Shown here: in pieces, positions 28,180-40,300 of the stretch
Position numbering within the stretch: position 1 is the stretch's first letter
Layout of the letters: each line of letters opens with the position of its first letter
NCBI GenBank assembly: GCA_951406725.2
Contig: OX597814.1
Location: 225,184,001 to 225,248,000, forward strand
From: Octopus vulgaris
Lineage: Eukaryota
Direction: 5' to 3'
Length of the DNA stretch: 64,000 nt
Program-made: the position numbers and the translations under genes
The notes under the pieces: model-generated
Database searches by the model: none
Seen by the model: only the letters and a program-made list of their open reading frames with translations
What the model was told of the DNA's origin: nothing

Positions 28180-28595
28180 AGGCGCAGGAGTGGCTGTGTG
28201 GTAAGTAGCTTGCTTATTAACCACATGGTTCCGGGTTCAGACCCACTGCGTGGCACCTTGGGCAAGTGTCTTCTACTATAGCCTCGGGCCGACCAAAGCC
28301 TTGTGAGTGGATTTGGTAGACGGAAACTGAAAGAAGCCCGTCGTATATATGTATATATATATGTATATATGCTTGTGTGTGTTTGTGTGTCTGTGTTTAT
28401 CCCCCTAGCATTGCTTGACAACCGATGCTGGTGTGTTTATGTCCCCGTCACCTAGCGGTTCGGCAAAATGAAACCGATAGAATAAGTACTGGGCTTAAAA
28501 AGAATAAGTCCCGGGGGTCGAGTTGCTCGATTAAAGGCAGTGCTCCAGCATGGCCGCAGTCAAATGACTGAAACAAGTAAGAGAGTAAAAGAGTA
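28180..28595 (+). mobile_element. SINE family C, full length
   Basis: tRNA-like head, ACCTTGGGCAAGTGTCTT, internal microsatellite, GTAAAAGA tail. Confidence 0.92.
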
Positions 28596-29178
28596 TAGAC
28601 ATGCAACAACTGATGAATGCGTCTATAGACTCCATCAGTTGTAACTCTTCTCAAATATAACGATTCTGGATGATATGAAATTCACTTCTATATCATAAGT
28701 GATTAATACAGTTCTCTATACTAGTGTGTATGCTTGTGTGTATGTGATTGTGTATGTGTATGGTTGAATGTGTGTGTGTATGAGATGGTGCGTGTCGTGT
28801 ATGCGTGCGAGCGTAGCAGTGAGCTGCAGACACATTAATAGAAACAGCTATCCGCACTCACTGAATATTGTGATAGATGCTGGTGGAATATTTCTACGTA
28901 TATTGTTACCAAGGAGAAGTTGGAGATGAAATCAGCAGCCAAAACGTAAAGAACAATTAACGAATATAACAAGTGAGAATTATTTTGAAAATTTAGGTCA
29001 GTGAAAAAAGGATAATGAACTCTCTCGGAAGGAATCTTATTGTTTTCTTCTATTTTATGGATATTAGTTCTTGTTGCTTTTGCCTTAGATCAATTGTAAT
29101 TCTACAGAACAATGATCCAAGACATTTCAGCTGTGACCTGTATGCATTTCTGCAACAATAGCACACACACACACACAC

Positions 29179-29211
<33 letters not shown>

Positions 29212-29299
29212 TATCATCATCATCATTATCATCATCATCACCCTCACCATCACCATCACCATCACCACCACCATCACCACCACCACCACCACCACCACC

Positions 29300-29333
<34 letters not shown>

Positions 29334-29476
29334 TCATTATCATCATCATCACCATCACCATCACTATCACCATCACCATCACCATCATCATCATCACCAT
29401 CACCACCACCACCATCACCACCACCACCACCACCACCACCACCACCATCATCCTCATCATCATCATCATCATCATC
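29179..29476. repeat. Compound (CAT)n/(CAC)n trinucleotide repeat
   Basis: Direct reading. Confidence 0.95.
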
Positions 29477-31660
29477 TAACCATGTGTGTAACAACGAAAG
29501 TAGCAGACCTCAATATCATTAGAAGTAGAAGGTTAAATTCATTAAAAGACTCCGGCAGAGAACACTTGCAGGAGTAGAAGTTCTTCGACAGCGATTCGTT
29601 CAGTTCTCGATGCCGTTCCTCGGCCGATGCACGGTTAATGCATGTTTAATACGGAAGAAAACACCGTCGGTGAAATATCATATATATATATATAGGACTG
29701 AATTAACCAGTCCCCTTACACTTTCAAAGATTTTAGGGTTAGATTTGAGGGAGATTGGGCTGCTATTTCTAGAAAGTCGAGCAATAAATACAGTTAATGT
29801 TAGCTCCCATTTTATTATTTTATTTTTGTTTCAGCTGGAGGCTGTGGCCATGCAGGGGAAAAATGTACTTTGCCATGACCCAGAGGTAGAGTCCTCTGAC
29901 GACTGTGCTAAGGAAAGACACTTCTTGCCCTTGAAAAAGAAACATTTTTTCATTACTATTCTCTTTTATGTAGGTGAAGTGATTCAAAGAAGTTTCGGAA
30001 ATTTTGACGCAAGTGTCACTGATTGGAAACGAACCGTTATTCTTTCTTCCAGTCAATGACTCGCTCTTGGAATATTTATATATTATTTGCTCCGTGAATG
30101 GTCCGAAGAAAATGGTAATTTCCTTCATGGTATTTCTTCACATTTAAAATATCAAAATTTCATTTAAAAAGAATCATTCTTAAATTCATTTCGAGTTTGT
30201 TTTTTTCTTTTTTTTGTTTCTTGTTCGACATTATTCCTTTTGGAAATATCATCCCTATACTGCGTCAAGAACCTGTTGTTAGCGAAATAAAACCAGATCC
30301 GCATCAGCACCTTCTTCTCAATAAAGGATGCATCCTTAGTTTCTACTCCTTCTGATAGCATATTTTCCCGCCAGCTTGCTAAATAACTCAAGTTTCTGGT
30401 GTTTCCATAACACAGATATTATCTTTATCTGCGACGTCAGTTATTATAAAAATACCAAATGGCAATTATATATCACTTATTTCTTTGTATACACACCCGT
30501 ACCATTGCGGTTACTTTGCCTCAAAATAAATTGTAACTTTTTTTCCCTACTCAAGATTAAAAATCAATCATGAATCCAAGTACACGGTCACGCTGCTCTG
30601 AATCAAAATACGATTTCAAGTGCGTGTAATATTGATTTCTTATTAAGGTATCAAATAGAAATTGAAACGATCATAGTGTTTTCTTGGTGATTATTCGATC
30701 GATTTTTACCAAACCCGAATGACAAAAGCATCCACAGAGGATGTTCAAATGGCAATGTGTAGTGACCTGACTGAAGACTGCAATCATTTTGACCCTGGGT
30801 TTTATCGTTTCTTATCAACGTTACAACATACTATCAACTAAATATGTCTAAATATCTGTGACCAGTTAATCTTATACTTAAAGACGAAGCATTTAGTTGC
30901 ATTTGCTCACTGTCGTTGCTCTGGTGGATAAGAGCATTCTTATCCTTAGTTGTGAATTATAAATCTCCTAGTGCGGAGCCACGCTAGTATTGCTTACATA
31001 CCAAGATATGACATCCAATGACAATAAGAAATCAAGTCGGTGGTAATCATAATATTATTCTGTGAACATTAAAACGTTACAATTTATTTCGTACGAACTA
31101 AAGAGGGTACCTCTCTGCAGTCAAATGACTTGCTAGAAATATCAGCCAAATCACGCACTACCGTCTTCAAAAGCGAATAACATACTGAAAAAGTAGACCG
31201 CAATTTATTGTATCTGAATAAAAGACAAGATAGTCACGGCAATAAGAAATGTCGTATTAACAATTACAACACCTTTCACCATAATACTGCCTTATAAGGA
31301 CTGACCTGGAGGTTAAGCGAAAACAGTAACCTCCGCCCTTTTTATCCAGTGAAGCAAAATCATTCTGCTTATTTGAAATACTGTTTTGTTCTGACTGGTT
31401 ACAAAAGCCCTATACTTCAGGAAAGAAAATGCTGAATGCCACAATTTTCATATTTTCGAAGGTCATCGGATGTATTTGTGGTTATCATGTTTATCCCATT
31501 ATTCCCCATCAGTGATTAATGCTTGTACATTACGGTGACTATAATCAGCCAAAATATTCACATAATTCTTCACATTAACACTTCCATGTGAAACACTGCC
31601 ACGTAGAACAAGAGAATTCCATGATATGGCTGCCCAGAAGCACCTCCATGCTATAAGACA

Positions 31661-32013
31661 TAGTTAAGCTAAGTTAAGTTAAGTTTTTGGCTCAAAAAGC
31701 AAAAAGCAAGGCCATGTAGGGGGACATGGAGTTATGTACAGGGAGGGTGTTCATGCAAAGAGTTCAGGCCATTTCTCGTCGTCGGCATCTTCACTATCTC
31801 GTCCGGCAGCTTATTTCACGGATCCGTAACCCGGACGGAGAAAGCCCCTCTCCTTCGATTGAGATGAAATAGTCGCAGATAGAGCTTTTCGGAGTGACCC
31901 CGCAGCCGACGCTCTGGAGCAGGAGTGAAGAACAGCTCTTTCGAGAGGTTATACTTTCCGCTTATGATGTTGTGAGCAAGAATGAGATCACCACGGCGTC
32001 GTCGTTTTTCTAG
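31661..32013 (-). mobile_element. 5'-truncated copy of the CR1-like LINE
   Basis: Matches about 17462-17830 (SLEKRRRRGDLILAHNIISGKYNLSKELFF); tail is (CTTAA)n; small internal deletion. Confidence 0.92.
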
Positions 32014-32433
32014 AGAAGTGAATGATGATTTATTAGAGAAGACGACATTGTTCCTTTGGATCACTGGTCTCTTCTGATAGTCTAAGACACCATTTTTGGC
32101 GCATCGGTGTTGTTGGAGGACAAGAAATGTTTAGCCATTGCAGTCCTCCCATGATACCAAACTTTATGAGCTCACAACAAACGGTTTGGGTTAACACAAA
32201 ATTGAATAGGTGCAGGGTTTAGCCCTGGCCTCAATTTCACTGTCGTACTTTGATGATTTTTAGACAATACGTTTCACTATTCCGCGTCTCCCATCTGCGA
32301 GCTTTGACTTCCGTTCAGAATTATACTTGCGAGAGCTGGGTTTTACCTCGGTTTTGTGTTGCAAACATGATTTTACAGACCGTACCGCTTAAAATAGTAA
32401 ATGATTCAGTAGTTTTATTTATTTTGTGTATAA

Positions 32434-32500
<67 letters not shown>

Positions 32501-32972
32501 TACTGCAACTCCATCCACCCGAGCTTCAGCAGTTCATACTCTTAAAAAATCTGACAGGTCACGCATTTAAACTTATTTAAGTATAAATATCTGGAAAAAG
32601 AAAAAGAAGAGGGTTATATCATGAAGCACAAAGCATGCATGTTGTATATAAATACATGTTGTATATAAATACATGTTGTATATAAATACATTTATGTATT
32701 TATATACTGATCAGACAGTTCTGGATTTGTCATATTGCCAATCAAAATCAAAAATAGTTAAATAAAGCAGTGCTCCATTATTTTATTCCCTGTATATATA
32801 CATTAACACACACACACACAGACACATCCGCAAACACAGCCACACACACATACATATGTATATAATTACATATTTAAAAATGTGTGCATGTATATGTATG
32901 CATACATATGTATATATATATATATATATGAATACATATTTGTATGAATATTATATATATATATATATATAT

Positions 32973-33017
<45 letters not shown>

Positions 33018-33020
<3 letters not shown>

Positions 33021-33186
33021 CTCTGTCTTCCCTTCTCTGGATCTCTCCTTCTCCTATGTTTCCGACAAAGAGCTCCGCTCGAAACGTTAAACCCTCCTTC
33101 TTTCCTTCTTTCCTGAGCGTCCAATAATACTATATTTGTTCCACGTCCTCGCGTTGTTGTGTTTTTTTGTGCTTTCTTGTTTGGAT

Positions 33187-33191
<5 letters not shown>
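33018..33191 (+). mobile_element. Penelope-type pLTR fragment with degenerate minimal hammerhead
   Basis: CCGACAA-A-GAGC-TCC-GCTC-GAAACGTT at 33062-33088, inserted within (TA)n. Confidence 0.55.
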
Positions 33192-33228
<37 letters not shown>

Positions 33229-33682
33229 AATGAATGTATGTATGTATGTATTTATGTATGTATGTATATAGGTAGGTTGGTAGGTAGGTAGGTAGGTAGG
33301 TAGGTAGGTAGGTAGGTAGGTAGGTAGGTAGGTAGGTCAAGTATATTTGTCTACATGCATATATACAACAATTTCTCACAAGTAAGTTCCAAGGCCAGTC
33401 TTTTTCCAGTATTAGCTATGTATCATTGGGCGTAGCCAGGATTTCGACCAAGGGGTTTCTCAAATATTGAAATATATCCTCCATTTGACGTCAAACTTTC
33501 GAAAAACGTAAATTCAAAATGATGCGTGGGTGGGATACATCCGAAGCCGTTGACCCCATCTCTTGACTACATATGTGTATATCCGCCTATTTGTACTTAT
33601 GCCTAATACATCTTTAGCATATCATTTCTGCTTCGCTCTATTTCCTACTTTGCTCACACAGATTCACACATAGACACATATA

Positions 33683-34010
33683 AAGTGGCGCTCCGTCGGT
33701 TACGACGAAGAAAGTTTCCAGCTGATCCGATCGACGGAGCACCTTGCTCATGAAATTAACGTGTAAGTGGCTGAGCACTCTACAGACACAAGTACCCTTA
33801 ATGTGACTCTCAGGGAGATTCAGCGTGACACAGAGTGTGACAAGGCCGACTCTTTGAATTTTAGGTACAACTCATTTTTACCAGATGAGCGGACTGGAGC
33901 AACGTGAAATAAAGTGTCTTGCTGAAGGACACAACGCGCCGCCGGGAATCGAACTCACGACGTTACGATCGTGAGTCGAATACCCTAACCACTAAGCCAC
34001 GCACCTTCAC
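33683..34010 (-). mobile_element. tRNA-derived SINE, family D head with family B-type tail
   Basis: Head GTGGCTTAGTGGTTAGGGT...GAGTTCGATTCCCGG; 3' half matches 21680-21815. Confidence 0.85.
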
Positions 34011-34254
34011 TACACACATATATTGAGGCATAATATAAATACACACACACGTATTTATACACACTTGTTCATGTATAGAAGTATACACGCGCATGAGTGT
34101 ATGCGTGTCACTGTACGGTGACATTCATACATAGTCACACACATACATAACTCACATACATAGATACACACATGCGTATATGCATGTCCTTTCATTCACA
34201 TACACACTTGCGTACGCACACAAATATATATTTACAGTATTGCCTTAAGACATG

Positions 34255-34683
34255 GAGACATGAAAGGCGACGAGCTGGCAGAAACGTTAGCACGCCGGGC
34301 GAAATGCGTAGCCGTTTTTCATCTGCCGTTACATTCTGAGTTCAAATTCCGCCGAGGTCGACTTTGCCTTTCATCCTTTCGGGGTCGATTAAATAAGTAC
34401 CTGTTACGCACTGGGGTCAATGTAATCGACTTAATCCGTTTGCCTGTCCTTGTTTGTCCCCTCTCTGTGTTTAACCCCTTGTGGGTAGTAAAGAAATAGG
34501 TATTTCGTCTGCCGTTACGTTCTGAGTTCAAATTCCGCCGAGGTCGATTTTGCCTTTCATCCTTTCGGGGTTGATAAATTAAGTACCAGTTACGCACTGG
34601 GGTCAATGTAAATCGGCTTAATCCGTTTGTCTGTCCTTGTTTGTCCCCTCTATGTCTAGCCCCTTGTGGGCAATAAAGAAATA
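34255..34683 (+). mobile_element. SINE family A dimer (one head, two bodies) with 19-bp TSD
   Basis: TSD AGTATTGYCTTAAGACATG at 34236-34254 and 34684-34702; internal junction AAGAAATAGGTATTTCGTC. Confidence 0.9.
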
Positions 34684-35060
34684 AGTATTGTCTTAAGACA
34701 TGAACCCAATGGGCAATTGCTTACGAGCCTTAGGAGTCTGGGGTCCCAATTCTGATCTACGTACACTATGGGTTGCTCTCAATAAACAACTACTATAAGG
34801 CCCAGATTATTCATTAAGATGGCCCTTATATATACATACTCTCAAACGCATACATATTCCCATACCGGTTCATACACATGTACACACATATATTCTCATT
34901 CTCATACCTCACCAAACAAATACACGCACAAATACTCTCGCTCACTTTAAGCCTCTGCTCATATACAGGTATACAGTCTCCGACATATATATCCTGACAC
35001 ACATATACACTCACACGCCACGCATATACTATTACATACATAGTCTCGCACACCATGTCC

Positions 35061-35380
35061 GGTAAGTTCATCGTCATCAATTCACCACGGGGAAAGTTCG
35101 CCGTCATCAATTCAGAGTTTTTCTTATGCTTTTTTCTCTTTTTCTATAAAATACTTTTTAACTATTAATAGTGAGGAGATACTATAGATATACTTTCTCG
35201 GTAAACTTTCCTCGCCGTAAAATTTCTTCACGGTGAATTGAAGGCTGGTAACTTTCCTTGCGGTGAACTTTTCCTACGGTGAACTTTCTTGCTGTGGACT
35301 TTTCCTGCAGCGAACTGATAGCGGTGAATTTACCCTGCGGTGAACTTTTCCCACGGTGAACTTTTCCTGCGGTGAACTTG
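35061..35380. repeat. Inverted arrays of ~15-bp GCGGTGAACTTTTCC units (foldback-type transposon remnant)
   Basis: About 10 units at 35199-35380; opposite-orientation units (AAGTTCATCG, AATTCACCAC, GGAAAGTTCGCCG) at 35061-35113. Confidence 0.6.
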
Positions 35381-35474
35381 TTATTCTCACACATTCTCTC
35401 ACACGCATATATCCTCACATCCACACATTCACGCACATACATCCACACATTTACTCTTACACATTTTCAAATTT

Positions 35475-35650
35475 CGGAACAAAGCGAGCAGTTTTTGAAG
35501 GGAGGGGAAAATCGATTACCTCAATCCCAATACTTGATCGATTCTTATTTTATCGGCTCCGAAAGGATGACAGGTAAGGTCGACCTCGGCTAAATTTGAA
35601 CTCAAAACTTAAAGGCGGACGAAACGCCCCTAAGCATTTTGTCCAGCGAC
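35475..35650 (-). mobile_element. SINE family A (degenerate)
   Basis: GAAAGGATGA...GTCGACCTCGGC..AATTTGAACTC. Confidence 0.75.
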
Positions 35651-35770
35651 TTACAGATTTCTTCCTAGCGCACGGACTTTCTCTCACGGCACCCTTATAA
35701 ACATATTTACTCATTATTCCTCACACATATACATTCATATACAAAAACCTTCACACATATATACTCACAC

Positions 35771-35836
<66 letters not shown>

Positions 35837-35909
35837 AGAAATTCACGAAAAAAAAACAAAAGACGAAGACAGGTGGTGTAGAAAACAAACAGATGTATTA
35901 GTATATATA

Positions 35910-36419
35910 TCTATATATATAAAACTGTAGTTGTGTGAGTGTCTGTCCCCTTCGATTTAGATTCCTAACTACTCCCACATTTTGCGGTGCAGTTTAACCA
36001 AATTCGGGTATCTTATAGCCGTGATTCATATCGAGCCCGTCTGAGTATTAGCGCGCGTCTACGATGAGTCTACGATTTTAAAAATAATTTAACATCATTT
36101 TTTATTCCATTTTAATGCATAATTTTTCGTGTGTCGATGGCGGCGGAGTTGGCGTCCATGGTCACACCTGCACCTGTTTGCTTCTCCCCTTCTTCCCTCC
36201 CTCGTGAAGCTGTGGGGAAGGAGTGTAAGGAAATCAACGTCGTAAAGCGTTGTCAAGGAGACCAGCGTTCTTTTAGAACAACGACTTCATGGCTTGAAGA
36301 CACCAAAACAGAAATGGCTAAGAAAGCCCGAATTGGCATCTATAAGGGAAGTAACTCTCTAAAAATGATTATAGAGTTATTTCCCTTACACACCCGAGCA
36401 ACGCCGGGCGATACTGCTA

Positions 36420-36420
<1 letters not shown>
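35910..36420 (+). mobile_element. Complete non-autonomous Helitron (511 bp)
   Basis: A|TCTATATATATAAAAC ... hairpin CCCGAGCAACGCCGGG ... CTAG|T; no TSD; inserted in TA repeat. Confidence 0.9.
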
Positions 36421-36478
<58 letters not shown>

Positions 36479-36847
36479 CTTTCAAATACATACTCACACA
36501 CATCCACATTCACACACACGTATATACATATGCTTTCAAACACATACTTACATGCATCCATACGCACATATATATACACACACACATATACATATGTCTT
36601 CAAACATATACTCACACACATCCAGACACACACGTATATACATATATCTTCAAACACATACACACTTCCAGACTCGCACGCATACCCTCAAACAACACTT
36701 TCATCCACATACATTCATATATACTGACACACAAACACACCCTCACATATACATACACACACTGACGCATATATAGTCACATACATAGAAACACAATGAT
36801 GTAACAACACTTTCGATCCGTTACCCTTAATGGTGGACCCTTTCTTT

Positions 36848-36885
<38 letters not shown>

Positions 36886-37559
36886 AGAGAGAGAGTCGCA
36901 CATCATGACAGAAGATAAAGAATGACACAGCTCATTTATTCGCAAAGTTAAAAAAGCTCAATATCTGGAATGAAGAAAGAAATTGTGTGTTGGCGGTGGA
37001 CAACAATTATATTCTCTTTTATCCCAAAGTAATCGATAATATAAGTGATAGTCAAATATTTGGATCGATATAATCGATAATATCCTAACCCAAAATTTGT
37101 TTGTCTCCCATATGTTTTGGAAATTATTGCTATTATTGTTTACGAGCTGTTCGAATCCCTTCGAGGTTGACATAGCTTCAGATGCTTTCGGGTGGATAGA
37201 TCATGTACCAGCTAATTACTGGATCGATAAAATCGATTGCACATTTCTACTCAGAAAATGGGTGGCCTTGATCTATCCTTTTAAATTTTGAGTTCGTCGT
37301 TCCAAAGTTGATAAACTAGAATACCAGTCAAAAACTGGGGTCGATGCAGTCGACTCTTGCCTCTTCTCGAAATTTTTGGAAATCATTAAAACCGTGGACT
37401 GGTATAATCGTTAAGAAGCAGGACGAAATGCCACGCAGTGCTTGTTCTGTGTTCGAACCCCGCCGGAAAATGCACTACCATATTTGGTCGTACTCACTAC
37501 GTTCTGTATTCAAATCTCTCAGAGGCTAAGCTTAAATTTCATCTTTTCATGAAAGTACC

Positions 37560-38449
37560 ACTCACAACTGATACTTAATTTATCGACCTCGGCAGAATTT
37601 TAATTCAGAACGTAAAGACAGACGAAATGCCGCTAAGCATTTCGCCTGGGGTGCTAACATTTCTTATTTCTTTACTACCCACAAGGGGCTACACACAGAG
37701 GGGACAAACAAGGACAGACAAACGGATTAAGTCGATTACATCAACCCCAGTGCGTAATTGCTATTTAATTTATTGACCTCAAAAGGATGAAAGGTAAAGT
37801 CGACCTCGGCGGAATTTGAACTCAGAACGTAAGGACAGACGAAATACCTATTTCATTACTACCCACAAGGGGCTAAACATAGAGGGGACAAACAAGGACA
37901 GACAAAGGGATTAAGTCGATTACATCGACCCAATTGCGTAACTGGTACTTATTTCATCGACCCCGAAAGGATGAAAGGTAAAGTCGACCTCGGCGGAATT
38001 TGAACTCAGAACATAAGGACAGACGAAATACCTATTTCATTACTACCCACAAGGGGCTAAACATAGAGGGGACAAACAAGGACAGACAAACGGATTAAGT
38101 CGATTACATCGACCCAATTGCGTAACTGGTACTTGATTTATTGACCTCAAAAGGATGAAAGGTAAAGTCGACCTCGGCGGAATTTGAACTCAGAACGTAA
38201 GGACAGACGAAATACCTATTTCATTACTACCCACAAGGGGCTAAACATAGAGGGGACAAACAAGGACAGACAAAGGGATTAAGTCGATTACATCGACTCC
38301 AGTGCGTAACTGGTACTTATTTCATCGACCCCGAAAGGATGAAAGGCAAAGTCGACCTCGGCGGAATTTGAACTCAGAACGTAACGACAGACGAAATATC
38401 TCTAAGCATTTCGCCCGGCGTGCTAACGTTTCTGCCAGCTCGCCGCCTT
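37560..38449 (-). repeat. Tandem array of SINE family A bodies, period 184 bp (4 units plus adjacent fragment)
   Basis: ACCCACAAGG at 37677, 37861, 38045, 38229; only the unit ending at about 38449 has the tRNA-like head. Confidence 0.93.
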
Positions 38450-38460
38450 CAGAAAGGATG

Positions 38461-38506
<46 letters not shown>

Positions 38507-38539
38507 TATTGTTGTTGTTGTTGTTGTTTGTTGTTGTTG

Positions 38540-38965
38540 TTTTTCTTTTTTCTTCAAATTTTCTTCCATTTTTCGCCGGGTGTTTTCCGTACACCTAGGG
38601 TAGAGAAGCTCATTGTATGCATTCCCAGATTACACACGCAAATTCGCAGGTAAAATATGTTTTAAAAAAATTAATAAATAAATAAATTCATGAATGGATG
38701 TTATTTTCACAGCGATAATGCTCTTCTCAGTACATGAGCTGTTCCAGTTAACACGATTTTTTGCACTTCCTGTAGGGATGGTAAGCCTGGTATCATCTTC
38801 AAATAGGCTTTTTTATCATTCCTAGAGATCCTACAATCACTGGTACTGTAGTCGCCTTGAGATGCCACTTTGTTTCAATTTCTATTGGCAAGTCTTTATA
38901 TTTACTGATCTTGTCAAATTCTTTCGCCGCTATATTGTGATCGCAAGGAATACTCATGTTTATCA
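38540..38965 (-). mobile_element. R4/Dong-like 3' end with restriction-like endonuclease
   Basis: INMSIPCDHNIAAKEFDKISKYKDL.IEI...WHLKATTVPVIVGSLGMI, then EVQKIVLTGTAHVLRRAL; flanked by (TAA)n and (CAA)n. Confidence 0.85.
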
Positions 38966-38997
38966 TTATTATTATTATTATTATTATTATCACTATT

Positions 38998-39196
38998 ATG
39001 GCGGCGAGCTGGCAGAATTGTTAGCACACCGGACAAAATGCTTAACGGCGTTTTGTTCTCAGCTCAAATTACGCCCAGATCCACCTTTTATGCTTTCGAG
39101 ATCGATAAAATAAGTCCCAGTCAAATACTAAGACCTGAAGTAATCGACTTACCTCCTCCCTACGAATTTCAGGCATAGTGCCTATAGTAGAAAGTA
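38998..39196 (+). mobile_element. SINE family A (degenerate)
   Basis: GGCGGCGAGCTGGCAGAATTGTTAGC head. Confidence 0.8.
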
Positions 39197-39559
39197 TTGT
39201 TGCCATTGTTGATGTTGTTGTTATCGTTGTTGGTGCAATAGATTGCAGAGCTTGTGTTGTTATGAGGATATCCTAGTCACTGCCTCACACTCACCCGCGC
39301 CCTATGGGACAAAGATCTACTAAGTAATGCTGAGAAACATCGGAAGCAGACAAATTCCCTCGAATCATGTACACACACACACACACACACACTTGCTAGT
39401 GTTTAAAACATACGAAGAAGACATCAGCAAGATAATAGAGGCCATAATACACTGTTTGGAAAAATACAGTCAGGAAAGTCATGGCTAGAACATCTTTGAC
39501 GATAGATCTACATGAACAGTATCACCTACGTCTAATTAACAATAACTGTTGTTGTTGTT

Positions 39560-39774
39560 CAAAGTGGCGAGCTGGCAGAAACGTTAGCACGCCGGGCGAA
39601 ATGTTTAGCGGTATTTCGTCTGCCGCTACGTTGTGAGTTCAAATTCCGCCGAGGTCGACTTTGTCTTTCACCCTTTCGGGATCGATTAATTAAGTACCAG
39701 TTGTGTACTGTGGTCGATCTAATCGACTGACTCCCTCCCCTAAAATTTCTGGCCTTGTGCCTAGAGTAGAAAAG
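39560..39774 (+). mobile_element. SINE family A, alternative tail, with TSD
   Basis: TSD AATAACTGTTGTTGTTG at 39541 and 39775. Confidence 0.88.
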
Positions 39775-40059
39775 AATAACTGTTGTTGTTGGTTGTTGTT
39801 ATTGTTGTTGTTGTTAAGGGTGATAAGGGTGATTAGGTGATGTTCTAGGGCTTAGGGGCGGGAGACCTCAGACCTTGGAAAAAAAAACATTGGTCGTCTT
39901 GTTGTAGTCGAGGGCTCTTCGTTGACGCCTGACACCATTGGGAGGTGGTCCTCGAAGTCGCTGGAAATGGAGATCTCCAGGTCCAAATTCTTGAACGGCT
40001 GTTGTTGGTGATGGTCGTGGTAGTATTCAGTCGAATCCGAGAAAGACGATTCATCAGTT

Positions 40060-40300
40060 TCTTGCTGAACCAGAAACTGATTTGTTTATAGTGACACATG
40101 TTTGTCCTGTCCATGAGCTCACACCCTCAGTCAAATCGACATTGTCTGTACACCTGCAAGGTGTGCTGTACGCCAGATATCGAAGTAATCGCAGAGCAAC
40201 GTAAAATAAAAGTGTTTGCTCAAAGACACCAAGCACTGCCCGAGAATTGAAATTGCGATCTTGCAATCATGGTTGCAACACCCTTACCACTAAGCCACGG
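40060..40300 (-). mobile_element. SINE family D (degenerate)
   Basis: GTGGCTTAGTGGTAAGGGTGTT head on minus strand. Confidence 0.65.

Noticed and set aside
29050-29522. Poly-D/G, poly-S/P and poly-M/V ORFs
   Set aside because: Trinucleotide repeat artefacts
29833-29886. Candidate exon after a strong polypyrimidine-AG acceptor
   Set aside because: Weak donor, no recognisable peptide or partner exon; needs RNA-seq
37664-38449. CRISPR-like regular array
   Set aside because: Whole 184-bp units repeat with no unique spacers; SINE-derived; eukaryotic context
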